A stretch of 64,000 bases of DNA from Legionella genomosp. 1 (lineage in GTDB: Bacteria > Pseudomonadota > Gammaproteobacteria > Legionellales > Legionellaceae), in assembly GCA_945862405.1 (NCBI GenBank), contig CAMAYX010000001.1, positions 2,089 to 66,088 of the forward strand. Direction: 5' to 3'. The notes below the pieces were generated by a model, which had not been told where the DNA came from, did not search any database, and was given only the letters and a program-made list of their open reading frames with translations. Shown piece after piece: positions 19,157 through 29,267 of this stretch (position 1 is its first letter; each line of letters opens with the position of its first letter). Both the position numbers and the translations under genes were made by a program.

Positions 19157-20854
19157 CTACTCCTTGGCGATTGGATCTAATGGATTAATTGGGGGCAAGT
19201 CCTTTACCTTACGCCGCGTAACTGCTTTTTTATGGCGGTAGGTATTTATAACACTCCACAAATCTCGCCCTTGCCAATTAGCATTCTTGTTCTGACTGTA
19301 TAATGCTTGGCTTAAAAGATGTAGGTGTTTTTTGATTTGTACATTATGAATCCAATGCGCTAAATCATTCAAATTCAAGAGCTCTTCATCTGGCCATTCT
19401 GCTGACGCCCAATCCAGCAGAGCGCTTCGCGCCAAAGCAGGGTCATTTTGGCGACAAGCAACTTGTAACTTTTTCTTGGCCTTGTTCAATTTACCCCTTG
19501 AGGTGTAAGCAGGTTTAAACCGCGCCAGTAAAAACATCAACAAACACGCTACCACAAAGCCAATCCCTAATCCCCAAACAAGATTATCGTTTGTGGGTGA
19601 GGATTCTGTCATTGTGCCTTGGGGTTTTGCTTGAGCGTTTTCATCATGTTCATCTGCTAACGGTGTTGAGGGCAATACTGGAGATGAAACCCCTACTTTA
19701 GGAGTAACAGTTAAAGTGTATGAGGGAAGTTCAGCTATTTCTTCTTTTCCGGTAATTGTATTAAACCAGGGAATTTGTAAGGCTGGAATTGTCACGGATC
19801 CTTGGTGATTGAATAAATAGGTTACTTTGAGAGTGGAAGTTCCTACTAAATCTTGTCCTTGTACCGTATTCTGAACCTCAGGTTTCTCAGGATAAGTATT
19901 AAAATCTTGTCCATTTTCAAACGATAGTGTTGGAAGCAATTGTGCAGGAACGCCTGTACCTTCTATGGTAATCGTACGCACCACCGTACTGCCTTCATGA
20001 ACAGCATTACCTTTTTTATCATATTCCTCACTGAGACTAAATTGTTTTGCTGGAAGCCAATATTTACCTTCATACTCGGGCGGGATAGGTTGAACATTTA
20101 GTTTAATGTTTTTACCTTGGGCATTAATACGTCTGGGAACAGTATCAAACAGTAACGCTTGTAATGAGGGCGCCATCAATTCCAATTGGCCACTCTTTTG
20201 TGGGAATATTGCATACCGCTGCTCTTCTACATTATAGCTTCGGCCATTTTCCACGCTCTGATAACGTCGACCTTCACCTAAAGGAAGCAGTAATGCATTA
20301 TTTATTTGAGGGTGATTATATTGAGCATCCAAGAGTCGCTGGCTGCTGCTGTATAATTTTACCGTATACAAAACTTCTTGATTAATCGATGGTTTTTCCT
20401 GGGAGATTTCTGTTTTCAACATGACATCTTGTGCGTTATCAACCGCGGGTTGACCAGCTTGTGTAGCAGTATCATTAGGTTCTTGCGCAGCCTCTTCAGT
20501 AACTTCAATCTGCAACGCTTTGGTTTGCTCTTGCCCTATATTTAAGGGCGGAATTTCCAAAACCCCGCTTTTTTTCGGCGACAAATAGATTGTCCATTGA
20601 GTTATTGAACGCGATTGTCCGTTAATCATGCTGTAAGATAGACTGCGTTGAGTGCTTATGATGGAGAAGTCTTTCACCAGTGGGGTTAAGCTGTTAAGCC
20701 CGACATTTTGCGCATTGTCCATGGTAATGGTCAAACGAATGGTTTGCCCAATTTGCGCTTTGGTAGAATCTAGTTGCGCCGTAATTTCTGCAAATGCAAC
20801 ATTACAGGAAAAGAAAAGAAAGATACTGAACAGAAACCGTTTCATTGCGGCCAC
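19157..20854 (-). CDS. batD: BatD family protein
   Basis: Signal peptide, Ig-like strands, single C-terminal TM, last gene of a moxR-VWA-TPR operon. Confidence 0.85.
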   Translation of the reverse strand: MAAMKRFLFSIFLFFSCNVAFAEITAQLDSTKAQIGQTIRLTITMDNAQNVGLNSLTPLVKDFSIISTQRSLSYSMINGQSRSITQWTIYLSPKKSGVLEIPPLNIGQEQTKALQIEVTEEAAQEPNDTATQAGQPAVDNAQDVMLKTEISQEKPSINQEVLYTVKLYSSSQRLLDAQYNHPQINNALLLPLGEGRRYQSVENGRSYNVEEQRYAIFPQKSGQLELMAPSLQALLFDTVPRRINAQGKNIKLNVQPIPPEYEGKYWLPAKQFSLSEEYDKKGNAVHEGSTVVRTITIEGTGVPAQLLPTLSFENGQDFNTYPEKPEVQNTVQGQDLVGTSTLKVTYLFNHQGSVTIPALQIPWFNTITGKEEIAELPSYTLTVTPKVGVSSPVLPSTPLADEHDENAQAKPQGTMTESSPTNDNLVWGLGIGFVVACLLMFLLARFKPAYTSRGKLNKAKKKLQVACRQNDPALARSALLDWASAEWPDEELLNLNDLAHWIHNVQIKKHLHLLSQALYSQNKNANWQGRDLWSVINTYRHKKAVTRRKVKDLPPINPLDPIAKE

Positions 20855-21723
20855 CCAAGTTGTCTTCGTAAATGATCTCGCATAAATTTTTCTCGCAACA
20901 GCCCACCCGGATCATCCGGCACCAATTGTAATGACTGCATTTTGGTCTGCTGCTGTTCCCGCTCTGCTTGAGTCAAGCTCGAGCTCTGAGTATTTTGCGG
21001 TTGTTGATTGTCTTGCTTATTCTGGTCTTGCTTATTCTGGTCCTGCTTATTCTGGTCCTGCTTATTCTGGTCCTGCTTATTCTGGTCCTGCTTATTCTGG
21101 TCTTGCTTATTCTGGTCCTGCTTATTCTGGTCTTGCTTATTCTGGTCTTGCTTATTCTGGTCCTGCTTGTTCTGGTCCTGCTTATTCTGGTCCTGCTTAT
21201 TCTGGTCCTGCTTATTCTGGTCCTGCTTATTCTGGTCTTGCTTATTCTGGTCTTGCTTATTCTGGTCCTGCTTATTCTGGTCTTGCTTATTTTGGTCTTG
21301 CTTATTCTGGTCTTGCTTATTTTGGTCTTGTTGCTGTTCTTTTTGCTTTTTTAATAAGTCCTCAACCACTTTACGATTAGCTAATGCATCTTGGTTGTTA
21401 GGGTTGATTGCTAAGGTTTTATTATAAGCATTAATGGCTTTCTCATATTGTCCCATATGAGCTAAGGCATTTCCTTGATTATAATAAGAATTTTCATTGT
21501 GCAAAGCTTGGTAAAGATCAGCCGCATGCTGATAGTTTCCAGAGCGATAGGCTGCGGCCGCTTGCCAATCTGGACGCTCAAACATCTTACCTGCTTGGGA
21601 ATAATCTCCTCTGTTCATCAGTACTTGGGCTTGCTGATTTTTGGTCGACCATAAATCCTGCCAACTAAACGCATATGAGCATGTACCTATGCACATCCAA
21701 ATTAAAAATATGCGGTGTATCAT
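20842..21723 (-). CDS. TPR protein (BatC-like) with QDQNK repeat tract
   Basis: YYNQGNALAHMGQYEKAINAY TPR, VPDDPGGLLREKF C-terminus. Confidence 0.88.
   Translation of the reverse strand: MIHRIFLIWMCIGTCSYAFSWQDLWSTKNQQAQVLMNRGDYSQAGKMFERPDWQAAAAYRSGNYQHAADLYQALHNENSYYNQGNALAHMGQYEKAINAYNKTLAINPNNQDALANRKVVEDLLKKQKEQQQDQNKQDQNKQDQNKQDQNKQDQNKQDQNKQDQNKQDQNKQDQNKQDQNKQDQNKQDQNKQDQNKQDQNKQDQNKQDQNKQDQNKQDQNKQDQNKQDQNKQDQNKQDNQQPQNTQSSSLTQAEREQQQTKMQSLQLVPDDPGGLLREKFMRDHLRRQLGWPQ
21011..21325. repeat. Coding tandem repeat, 21 x 15 bp
   Basis: Unit TC(T/C)TGCTTATTCTGG; 315 bp / 15 = 21 copies, encoding QNKQD on the minus strand. Confidence 0.95.
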
Positions 21724-22649
21724 GAACTAATCCTCTGCAACCATCCGCGCCGGAACACCGGCAATAAAAATAACAACGCAGGAATTAAAAACCATCGCCC
21801 TTCATCACGCCACACCGGAATATTATTTTGTTGAGAAATATTGTACTTAGTACTATCAGAGGAAGCCAACCATTGATCAATATCACTGGAGGTATCGGAA
21901 AAAGGAATTAATACCCCATTTCCAGCAGTTGCAAACTCTTTAAATTGCGCGTTTGACGAGGGGTTGGCGATCATGGGTATTAGCGAAGAGCGAATACCAT
22001 TTCCTGTTAACTCCTTTGCCTCAGCAATCGTATCATTACCTGGAGATGTGGCCGTCATCACCAAAATATCCCCTTGATGAAAACCAGCTTGCTCAATCAA
22101 TTTTCCCGCTTCCACTAATGCCTTTTCCAAGCGATTTCCACCAACAGGCATAATGTCTTGAGTTAGGTTTGCAAGCAACGCATCAATGGTTTGCGCATCA
22201 TCCGTTAAGGGAGAAACAATAAAAGGCTCTCCGGTATAAACAATCAATCCGAATTGACCAACACCCCTTTTTTGAAATAAATCGTGAAGTTTAAATTTAG
22301 CTCGGGTTAAACGGTTTGGAGCTAGATCACGCTCTAGCATATTTTCGGACATGTCTAATACAATCACTCGAGGCTTAACGGGTAGATAAGTAGGAACTGG
22401 GAGACGAGTCCAGCTGGGACCTGCAAGACTAATAGTCATGAATAAGGTACTTAGGAACAAGAGTAATAGCGATGCATTCTTTTTACCATACGACTTGGTT
22501 TTAAGAAGATGCTTTAGTAAATGCGAATCACAAACATCTCTCCACGATTGAGCTGTTGTAACATGACGAATAAAGAACCAAAACGCGATCACAAATGGTA
22601 TGCAGCTATACAGCCACCAAGGCCTGATGAAGTGAAACTCGCTGATCAT
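21720..22649 (-). CDS. VWA domain protein (BatB-like)
   Basis: FHFIRPWWL, SLAGPSW, VLDMSENM (degenerate MIDAS), SPLTDD. Confidence 0.88.
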   Translation of the reverse strand: MISEFHFIRPWWLYSCIPFVIAFWFFIRHVTTAQSWRDVCDSHLLKHLLKTKSYGKKNASLLLLFLSTLFMTISLAGPSWTRLPVPTYLPVKPRVIVLDMSENMLERDLAPNRLTRAKFKLHDLFQKRGVGQFGLIVYTGEPFIVSPLTDDAQTIDALLANLTQDIMPVGGNRLEKALVEAGKLIEQAGFHQGDILVMTATSPGNDTIAEAKELTGNGIRSSLIPMIANPSSNAQFKEFATAGNGVLIPFSDTSSDIDQWLASSDSTKYNISQQNNIPVWRDEGRWFLIPALLFLLPVFRRGWLQRISS

Positions 22650-23671
22650 TCTTCCACCTCTTGACGCTTGTGGAATCGAAAAGCAAACGCATTAAATATT
22701 CCTGAATGTCGTAACGTCCACCATAAAAATAATGCCAAAGCTATTGCAAGCGGCCACGGATAATATTCGTGTTGTGGGCGAATTGTTTCTTGTTCCTGCT
22801 TGGTAACTTCAAGTTGATTAATCATGCTATAAATTTGTTGCAAAGATTGCACATCAGTAGCTCTAAAATACTTCCCACCCGTGGTTTTTGCGATTTCTTT
22901 CAAGGTATCTTCATCTAAATCCGATGTTGCACCATTATAAAATACGCTACTTAACGTATCTGGCGTGATATCTCCACCCAAGCCAATGGTATAAACCTTA
23001 ATATCATCGAATTTTGCTAACTCAGCAGCTCGTTCTGGTGTCAATACGCCAGAATTATTAGCACCATCCGTTAATAAGATAATAACTCGCCCCTGTGTGG
23101 GGGCGCTTTGTAGACGCTTCACCGCAAGTCCCAATGCATCACCAATGGACGTGGTTTGTCCTGCTAAACCAACTGTAGCATCATCAATACGCATTAATAC
23201 ATTAGCGCGATCATAGGTGAGCGGTGTTTGCAGGTAAGCATTGCTGCCAAATAAAATCAATCCCAATTTATCACCGCTGCGCTCTTTTACGAATTGCATT
23301 GCAGCTGCTTTTACTACATCAAGACGGGTAGCAGGCCTTCCATTCAGTATCATGTCTGAAAATTCCATGCTCCCCGAAATATCTAATGCCAACATGATAT
23401 TGTGGCTTTCTCTAGCTATAGGTTGAGGTTGTCCCACCCACCGTGGACCCGACAATGCAAACAACAATAAGATCCATATTACTAAGAATAATGAAATTGC
23501 CGAGCGTGCTGATAGGCTCTTTTGTTCTTTGTCCATTAGTTGGGACATGGCATGGAAGAATGGTACTTTCAAAGCCGCAGAGAGCTGCAAAGAAGCTTTG
23601 GGTAAAAAAAACCACAGCAACAAAGGCAATGGCAAAAGGAGAAAAGCCCATGGGAATGCTAATTCAAACAT
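22646..23671 (-). CDS. batA: VWA domain protein (BatA-like)
   Basis: ALDISGSM MIDAS, QTPLTYD, TSIGDA, LLTDG. Confidence 0.9.
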   Translation of the reverse strand: MFELAFPWAFLLLPLPLLLWFFLPKASLQLSAALKVPFFHAMSQLMDKEQKSLSARSAISLFLVIWILLLFALSGPRWVGQPQPIARESHNIMLALDISGSMEFSDMILNGRPATRLDVVKAAAMQFVKERSGDKLGLILFGSNAYLQTPLTYDRANVLMRIDDATVGLAGQTTSIGDALGLAVKRLQSAPTQGRVIILLTDGANNSGVLTPERAAELAKFDDIKVYTIGLGGDITPDTLSSVFYNGATSDLDEDTLKEIAKTTGGKYFRATDVQSLQQIYSMINQLEVTKQEQETIRPQHEYYPWPLAIALALFLWWTLRHSGIFNAFAFRFHKRQEVEE

Positions 23672-24150
23672 GGTTTTTTCCTCTGCTTAATCCAACGCTG
23701 AGCCATAAGAAACAAGGTATCCAAACCCTGTTGATCTGGTTTCGATTGGTAGGGAAGCTCTAATAATTCATAGCTTACTTGATGGAACTCAACTCCCGTT
23801 CCTGTTCGATTCAAAAACTCAATCCACTCCGCACCCTGCAAGGCTGCTACCTTATCCCGTGGAAAATAGGCTAATGCAACTCGCTTCAGTAACTCTGAAA
23901 TTCTAGCACTGATCATATGGCTATCTGCTGATTGTTGATGTTGCTGTTGGTATTGCTCCAATAAACGTAATGCTTGGCGTTTGGGATATGCATGTTGTTG
24001 ACGCCTATGCAGGGTATAAAGTCCTACGAAAACGGATAGCAGCAAAAGCACGGCAAGAACATACCATCCAATGGCTAGGGGCCACCAACCTATGGCTTCA
24101 GGTAAATGAATATCGTGTAACTTTGCTAACTCCGGTGATGGATTAGGCAT
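23659..24150 (-). CDS. DUF4381 family membrane protein
   Basis: LHDIHLPEAIGWWPLAIGWY, LLKRVAL, LQGAEWIEFL. Confidence 0.85.
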   Translation of the reverse strand: MPNPSPELAKLHDIHLPEAIGWWPLAIGWYVLAVLLLLSVFVGLYTLHRRQQHAYPKRQALRLLEQYQQQHQQSADSHMISARISELLKRVALAYFPRDKVAALQGAEWIEFLNRTGTGVEFHQVSYELLELPYQSKPDQQGLDTLFLMAQRWIKQRKKPCLN

Positions 24151-25057
24151 ACGCTCTCCGCGGAAATGTCTGGCGGACAATCCAGGGTAAATCGTCTTCA
24201 CTCGTCACTTGAGTATACGGAATTTGTAAACCAGTAAATAACGAATCCAGGGAAGCAATACGCTCCTGACAAAATTTTTGATATCCAGCTCTGACGCTCT
24301 CCAAACTAGTATCCAGCAATATTTCTTGCCTGCCATTGGTAATGGCATATTGCTCAGGTTTGGGTGGTGCTATTTCTAAAGGATCGGAAATAAAATAAGC
24401 AAGTACATCATTATGAATACCAAGACGATTTAAGTGTTGCTCGGTATCTTTATCCACATGATAAAAATCACTGAGCATAACGATAAGGCTGCCGGGACGA
24501 ATCACTCGTCGCAATCGCAACAACGCATGACTTAAGGAGCAACTCTTTAAATCTTCATCTTTAAATGACTCCGACCGCGTATAGTTACTCAAACCAGCTA
24601 AAAAAGGTAAGACCCCGCTTTCTCGATTTCTAGGGTTATACTCCTGATGGGCTGTACCAGAAAACAACAATCCCCCTACACGGTCACCTTGATTAATTAC
24701 CGTCCAAGCCAAGAGCGCTGCTAAGCGCGCTGCAATTACCGATTTAAATGCTATACGAGTTCCAAAAAACATGGATGCATTAAAGTCTACTAACAGCACA
24801 ACAGGGCGTTCGCGTTCTTCTTGATATAATTTCACATGAGGTCTGCCGGTACGCGCAGTAATCCGCCATTCCATATGGCGAATTTCATCACCCGCCTGAT
24901 AATTACGTACCTCAGCAAAGTCCATACCTCGTCCTCTTATGGAGGATAAGTGATTTCCACTCCGCTGCGCGCGTCCGGGCAGGCGGTAATTACCCATTCG
25001 AGCGAAGCGCTGCAGGGCAATCAATTCATTTAGATCTACGGAAATTCCGTCGCTCAT
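24143..25057 (-). CDS. DUF58 family protein
   Basis: GRGMDFAEVRNYQAGDEIRHMEWRITAR. Confidence 0.93.
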   Translation of the reverse strand: MSDGISVDLNELIALQRFARMGNYRLPGRAQRSGNHLSSIRGRGMDFAEVRNYQAGDEIRHMEWRITARTGRPHVKLYQEERERPVVLLVDFNASMFFGTRIAFKSVIAARLAALLAWTVINQGDRVGGLLFSGTAHQEYNPRNRESGVLPFLAGLSNYTRSESFKDEDLKSCSLSHALLRLRRVIRPGSLIVMLSDFYHVDKDTEQHLNRLGIHNDVLAYFISDPLEIAPPKPEQYAITNGRQEILLDTSLESVRAGYQKFCQERIASLDSLFTGLQIPYTQVTSEDDLPWIVRQTFPRRAYA

Positions 25058-25071
25058 AACCTGCCCTAGAC

Positions 25072-26073
25072 TTAAGGTAAAGCCACTAATCTTAGCAACT
25101 CGCTGATAAAATCGTCACTGCTGATACCTTCTGCTTCAGCTTCATACGTCAACAATATCCGGTGGCGAAGAACATCTGCGGCAATAACATGAATATCTTC
25201 AGGAGTTACATAATCCCTACCAGAGAGCCATGCATGTGCTTTTGAACATCGGTCCAGCGCAATAGTAGCGCGTGGGCTTGCACCAAACCGCAGCCAACGT
25301 TGCAGCTCTTCGCTGTACATACCGGGTGTGCGTGTTGCTACCACCAACTGTACTAGATAGCTTTCCAAGGTTTCGCTGGTATGCACATTAAGAACCTGCT
25401 TCCTCGCCGCGAATAAAGTAGCTTGCGCTAGAGGGGCGGGAGTATTCGTGCCTTCAGAGGGTGCCACTAAGGCGAGCGATTCCTTGCGGGCTAACGCCAG
25501 AATATCATGCTCTACCCGAGCATCGGGATATCCTATTTTTACATACATTAGAAATCGATCAAGTTGAGCCTCTGGTAAGGGATACGTTCCTTCTTGCTCA
25601 ATAGGGTTCTGCGTTGCCATAACTAAAAATAATTCTGGCAGAGGATAGGTTTTACCACCAATGGTCACCTGACGCTCGGCCATTGCTTCTAAAAGTGCCG
25701 ACTGCACCTTAGCTGGCGCACGGTTAATCTCATCTGCCAGCACCATATGATGAAAAATAGGGCCTGGTTGAAATACGAAAGAGCCATCTTCCGGATGGTA
25801 GACATCCGTCCCGGTTAGATCGCCAGGAAGAAGATCCGGCGTAAATTGTATACGGTGAAAATTTCCCTCAACCCCATACGCTAACTCTTTAACAGCGCGA
25901 GTTTTTGCTAAACCAGGAGCCCCTTCCACCAACAAATGACCGTCTGCGAGAAGAGCAATTAATAATCGAGAAATTAAGGGCTTTTGACCTAGAATACGCG
26001 TGTTCAGATGCGTGCTTAACTGTAGGATTTGCTGCTGCACCGCTTGTGTAGAAGAAATGTCAACTTGCTCCAT
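25072..26073 (-). CDS. moxR: MoxR family AAA+ ATPase
   Basis: GHLLVEGAPGLAKT, RIQFTPDLLPGD, LADEINRAPAKVQSALLEAM, EAQLDRF. Confidence 0.96.
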   Translation of the reverse strand: MEQVDISSTQAVQQQILQLSTHLNTRILGQKPLISRLLIALLADGHLLVEGAPGLAKTRAVKELAYGVEGNFHRIQFTPDLLPGDLTGTDVYHPEDGSFVFQPGPIFHHMVLADEINRAPAKVQSALLEAMAERQVTIGGKTYPLPELFLVMATQNPIEQEGTYPLPEAQLDRFLMYVKIGYPDARVEHDILALARKESLALVAPSEGTNTPAPLAQATLFAARKQVLNVHTSETLESYLVQLVVATRTPGMYSEELQRWLRFGASPRATIALDRCSKAHAWLSGRDYVTPEDIHVIAADVLRHRILLTYEAEAEGISSDDFISELLRLVALP

Positions 26074-26140
26074 AGGTAACCTTTTACAAAAAAAACTTAT
26101 CCTAACGCGAAATGTTATGAATGCCAATAACCTTCAGGAC

Positions 26141-26401
26141 TTATAAAACCTCTACATTGTCAGCTTGGGGACCCTTTCTGCCTTGAATCAAATTAAATTT
26201 GACAGAAGCCCCATCCTGCAGCGATCGATGTTCGGTTAATTTTGTTGACCCAGCATGAAAGAAATATTCATATTCACCACTGACGATAAAACCAAACCCT
26301 TTTTTTCGATCAAAAAATTTAACTTTACCAAAAAACTCATTATTTCTTGTGCTTCCTTTAAACACGCTTTTTAACTTACTCAAAATAGTTCTTAGGTTCA
26401 T
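26141..26401 (-). CDS. Cold-shock domain protein with N-terminal extension
   Basis: GKVKFFDRKKGFGFI, YFFH, KGPQADNV after ~22 extra residues. Confidence 0.85.
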   Translation of the reverse strand: MNLRTILSKLKSVFKGSTRNNEFFGKVKFFDRKKGFGFIVSGEYEYFFHAGSTKLTEHRSLQDGASVKFNLIQGRKGPQADNVEVL

Positions 26402-26529
26402 GCGTTTTTCCTGCTTACATTAATATGCCTCTAAGATAACACCATCTTTTAGCGATTTCGACCTATCTTGAACAAATGATGTTGCACTATTATCATCCTC
26501 ATTCCTGCAGCTGCGATATTGAGATTTCC

Positions 26530-27159
26530 ATGAGCATCATCTCCACACCTGATTTACAACTTATTACCATAGAAGAACCACAAGCAGCCTCAATTTTAAA
26601 AGTTAAAACTGCGCAAATCTCATTCCCTTTAAGTCAGGAAAACAAAGCATTAATTCAAGCCATGAAAGACAAATTGTATGAATTAGCAGGCGTAGGGCTG
26701 GCTGCCCCGCAAGTAAGAGAACATAAACGTATTATTGCAGTTCACATTTCTACGGAGGCTGCGGCGGTACGAAATGATGCACAAACCTACCCAATGCGCA
26801 TACTTATTAATCCCAGTTATGAGCCATACGAAGAAAGTAAAACACTATACGACTTTGAAGCTTGTTTTTCGGTAAGCAGTAAAGCAGGAAAGGTTCCTAG
26901 ATTTCATACCATTCTCTTAACCTATCAAGATGAAGTAGGAGCGCAGCATAACGAAGTGGCCTCAGGATTCTATGCGCGGGTGTTGCAACATGAAATTGAT
27001 CATTTAGATGGGACATTAATTACCGATCGTCTAACGGCAAATTGCGTTCAAGGCACCCTGTCTGAAATGATGGCATTGCGTAGAAGCGAATTATCCCCTG
27101 AAAAGCTTAAATTGTATGACGAGATCGTTGAGCGACAGAAGCAACTTAAGCAAACATAA
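26530..27159 (+). CDS. def: Peptide deformylase
   Basis: GVGLAAPQ, EACFS, QHEIDHLDG. Confidence 0.92.
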   Translation: MSIISTPDLQLITIEEPQAASILKVKTAQISFPLSQENKALIQAMKDKLYELAGVGLAAPQVREHKRIIAVHISTEAAAVRNDAQTYPMRILINPSYEPYEESKTLYDFEACFSVSSKAGKVPRFHTILLTYQDEVGAQHNEVASGFYARVLQHEIDHLDGTLITDRLTANCVQGTLSEMMALRRSELSPEKLKLYDEIVERQKQLKQT

Positions 27160-27168
27160 CTGGCAGAG

Positions 27169-28530
27169 TCACCATCGCCTACTCTTAAAAAAATCGGTAG
27201 TTGCCGTGTTTAAATCATCACTGTACAGCGCATTTTTTTTAGAGGTATTTGGGCAAATATAAATAACATTGCTTAAAGGTTGATTCCAACTTAAAGGCAC
27301 GTTTGCGCAATATGGAAAAACATAATGGATGGTATTAAATACAGTTCTAGAATAATCATCGCCAAACAAGGGGGCAGCAATGATATTCGCTATCATGAGC
27401 CCTTGGGGATTTAAATGCTGTGCAATACCTTGAAAATACTCAATCGATAACAGGGCAGGCGGAATAGTTGCTTGATTGCTGTATACGTCCGAGATGATCA
27501 CATCAAATCGCTCTTCGGTTTTTTGCAAGAATTGCCTAGCATCCTCTCCTATAAATTTGCCTTGAATGTTCTTTTGTAGAAAATATTTTTCAGCAAGATA
27601 CTTAAGAGCAGGATCGATGTCCACATAAGTGACTTCATTGGTAAACGTTCCTGCTGCCGTGAACGTAAACCCACCTGCACCGATCACTAGTATTTTTTTA
27701 TGCCGAAATTGCAAATCTTTAAACACCAAATCACGAACATACTCAATATAGGGGAAAGCTTTATTTTCGTAGGTAAGCTGCGAGCTTGACGATTGATTAA
27801 TTTGGAAAGTCTTAGTGAACGAAGGTGACTCTATTACTTGATAATTACCATAATTGTTCGTTTCTTTAAATTGCGCATTTTCACCTTGAATGTTCAACAT
27901 AAAAATAAAACTTAAGACTATAATCAAAATTACGATCTTTAAAAAAGATAAATTTTCCGACTCACACGTTGTAAGCATTAACCCGAATAACAGCAAACAA
28001 TTAATAAAAACCGTCCATGCCACGCCTAGATATTGAAATAAGACTAAGGAAGTTAACAAGGCGCCTAGAAATGAACCAATAGTACTTAGGAAGAGGGCCC
28101 GTCCGCTGATTCGACTTACACTTTGCTGTTGATTGAATAAATTAGTGGTCAACGGTACGGTTTGACCTAACCAATAAACAATAGGAGCTAAAAATATCAA
28201 CAAATAACTGAATAGGCTGCTGATAAAGGATAAATGCAGGTAAGGAACGGTGAGATAAAAAAACCAAGCAATCAGTGTGTAACTTAGCCCTAAGCCAATC
28301 CAAACCAAGCTTAATCTAAAGTTACGGCTTAGCTGACGAAGGTAGTTTTTTTGATACGTCCCTCCGCGCCAGTAGCCAAGTGCTAAAAAAAGCAAAAAGA
28401 TACCGATGATCACACTGGTAATAACAATGCTGCCACCATAAAAAGGGATCAATTGTCGTATGGTTAAGATTTCAACTGAGATGGTTATAAAACCTTCCAG
28501 TAGCAAAATCATTAAAAGCTTTGTAAGCAT
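27169..28530 (-). CDS. Fused membrane domain / spermidine-synthase-like SAM-binding protein
   Basis: N-terminal TM helices with LEGFITISVEIL; LVIGAGG, VDIDP, EDARQFL, FDVIISD. Confidence 0.85.
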   Translation of the reverse strand: MLTKLLMILLLEGFITISVEILTIRQLIPFYGGSIVITSVIIGIFLLFLALGYWRGGTYQKNYLRQLSRNFRLSLVWIGLGLSYTLIAWFFYLTVPYLHLSFISSLFSYLLIFLAPIVYWLGQTVPLTTNLFNQQQSVSRISGRALFLSTIGSFLGALLTSLVLFQYLGVAWTVFINCLLLFGLMLTTCESENLSFLKIVILIIVLSFIFMLNIQGENAQFKETNNYGNYQVIESPSFTKTFQINQSSSSQLTYENKAFPYIEYVRDLVFKDLQFRHKKILVIGAGGFTFTAAGTFTNEVTYVDIDPALKYLAEKYFLQKNIQGKFIGEDARQFLQKTEERFDVIISDVYSNQATIPPALLSIEYFQGIAQHLNPQGLMIANIIAAPLFGDDYSRTVFNTIHYVFPYCANVPLSWNQPLSNVIYICPNTSKKNALYSDDLNTATTDFFKSRRW

Positions 28531-28597
28531 TAGATGTTCGCGGTGATTAAGCTGTTTTAGCAGGATAAAAGTGTAGTTCATAACGCAAGGAGAAGCT

Positions 28598-29151
28598 ATG
28601 AAAAATGCAATGGTTTCCGTATTGGCGATGGCGGCAGCTTGTACATCGCAGGCTGCAACTCAGGAGCTTCTTTGGGAGAAAATACAGCAATAAAACATGA
28701 AACATCTCATAACCCCTCAATTTACAGCAATAGAAATCGAACCACCGCTGCTTGCTAAAGAAACCCAGTCCATAAGGTTCAAAAAGAATGAAAACATCAT
28801 TTTCCTTGATGCTCAGGGAAAAGCTCATTTGGCCTATCACCTCTCATACTACTTAATGAGCTCCTCACTTGGTGTCAAATCACCAAATTATATTATTGAT
28901 GCAAACAGCAATGAAATCTTGCAACAATGGGATAATGCTCATTCCGAAAACTTAGGGAAAGGACTGGGTGGAAATGGTATACCCATGCCATATCGTTCTG
29001 GTGTTTTTCAATATGGAACCGCTTTCCCCAATCTCCCATCCTTAGGCAAGCTTGCAGTGTAATTCAAGCCGCTGTGGATAGACGCTGTGATAAAATGGCA
29101 GTGATTGAATCGTTCGCCGAAGTTGGAGTCCATTGCCCCATGTTTTCATAA
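28598..29151 (+). pseudogene. M4 (thermolysin/ProA/LasB-like) zinc metalloprotease pseudogene with internal deletions
   Basis: AAGGAG RBS and signal peptide MKNAMVSVLAMAAACTSQA; PepSY-like AHLAYHLSY...IIDANSNEILQQWD and mature start GLGGN..QYG; then C-terminal VIQAAVDRR...FAEVGVHCP in another frame; no HExxH. Confidence 0.8.
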
Positions 29152-29267
29152 TCACGCAATTATTACCGTGCCCACTTCTCGGGCACGGGCATGTTTTAAA
29201 TTAATGCCGGTGACATCCTTGTGTTTTTAACTTATGATTCAACAATTCAAATTTTATCCAATGTAGT

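Noticed and set aside
21011-21325. Possible CRISPR array
   Set aside because: Head-to-tail repeats with no unique spacers, inside a CDS, and no cas genes in the window
20931-21427. Three plus-strand ORFs with SCLFW, LILVL and AYSGP repeats
   Set aside because: Antisense shadows of the stop-free 15-bp repeat; variation is synonymous in the QNKQD reading of the TPR gene, and the shadows have no context of their own
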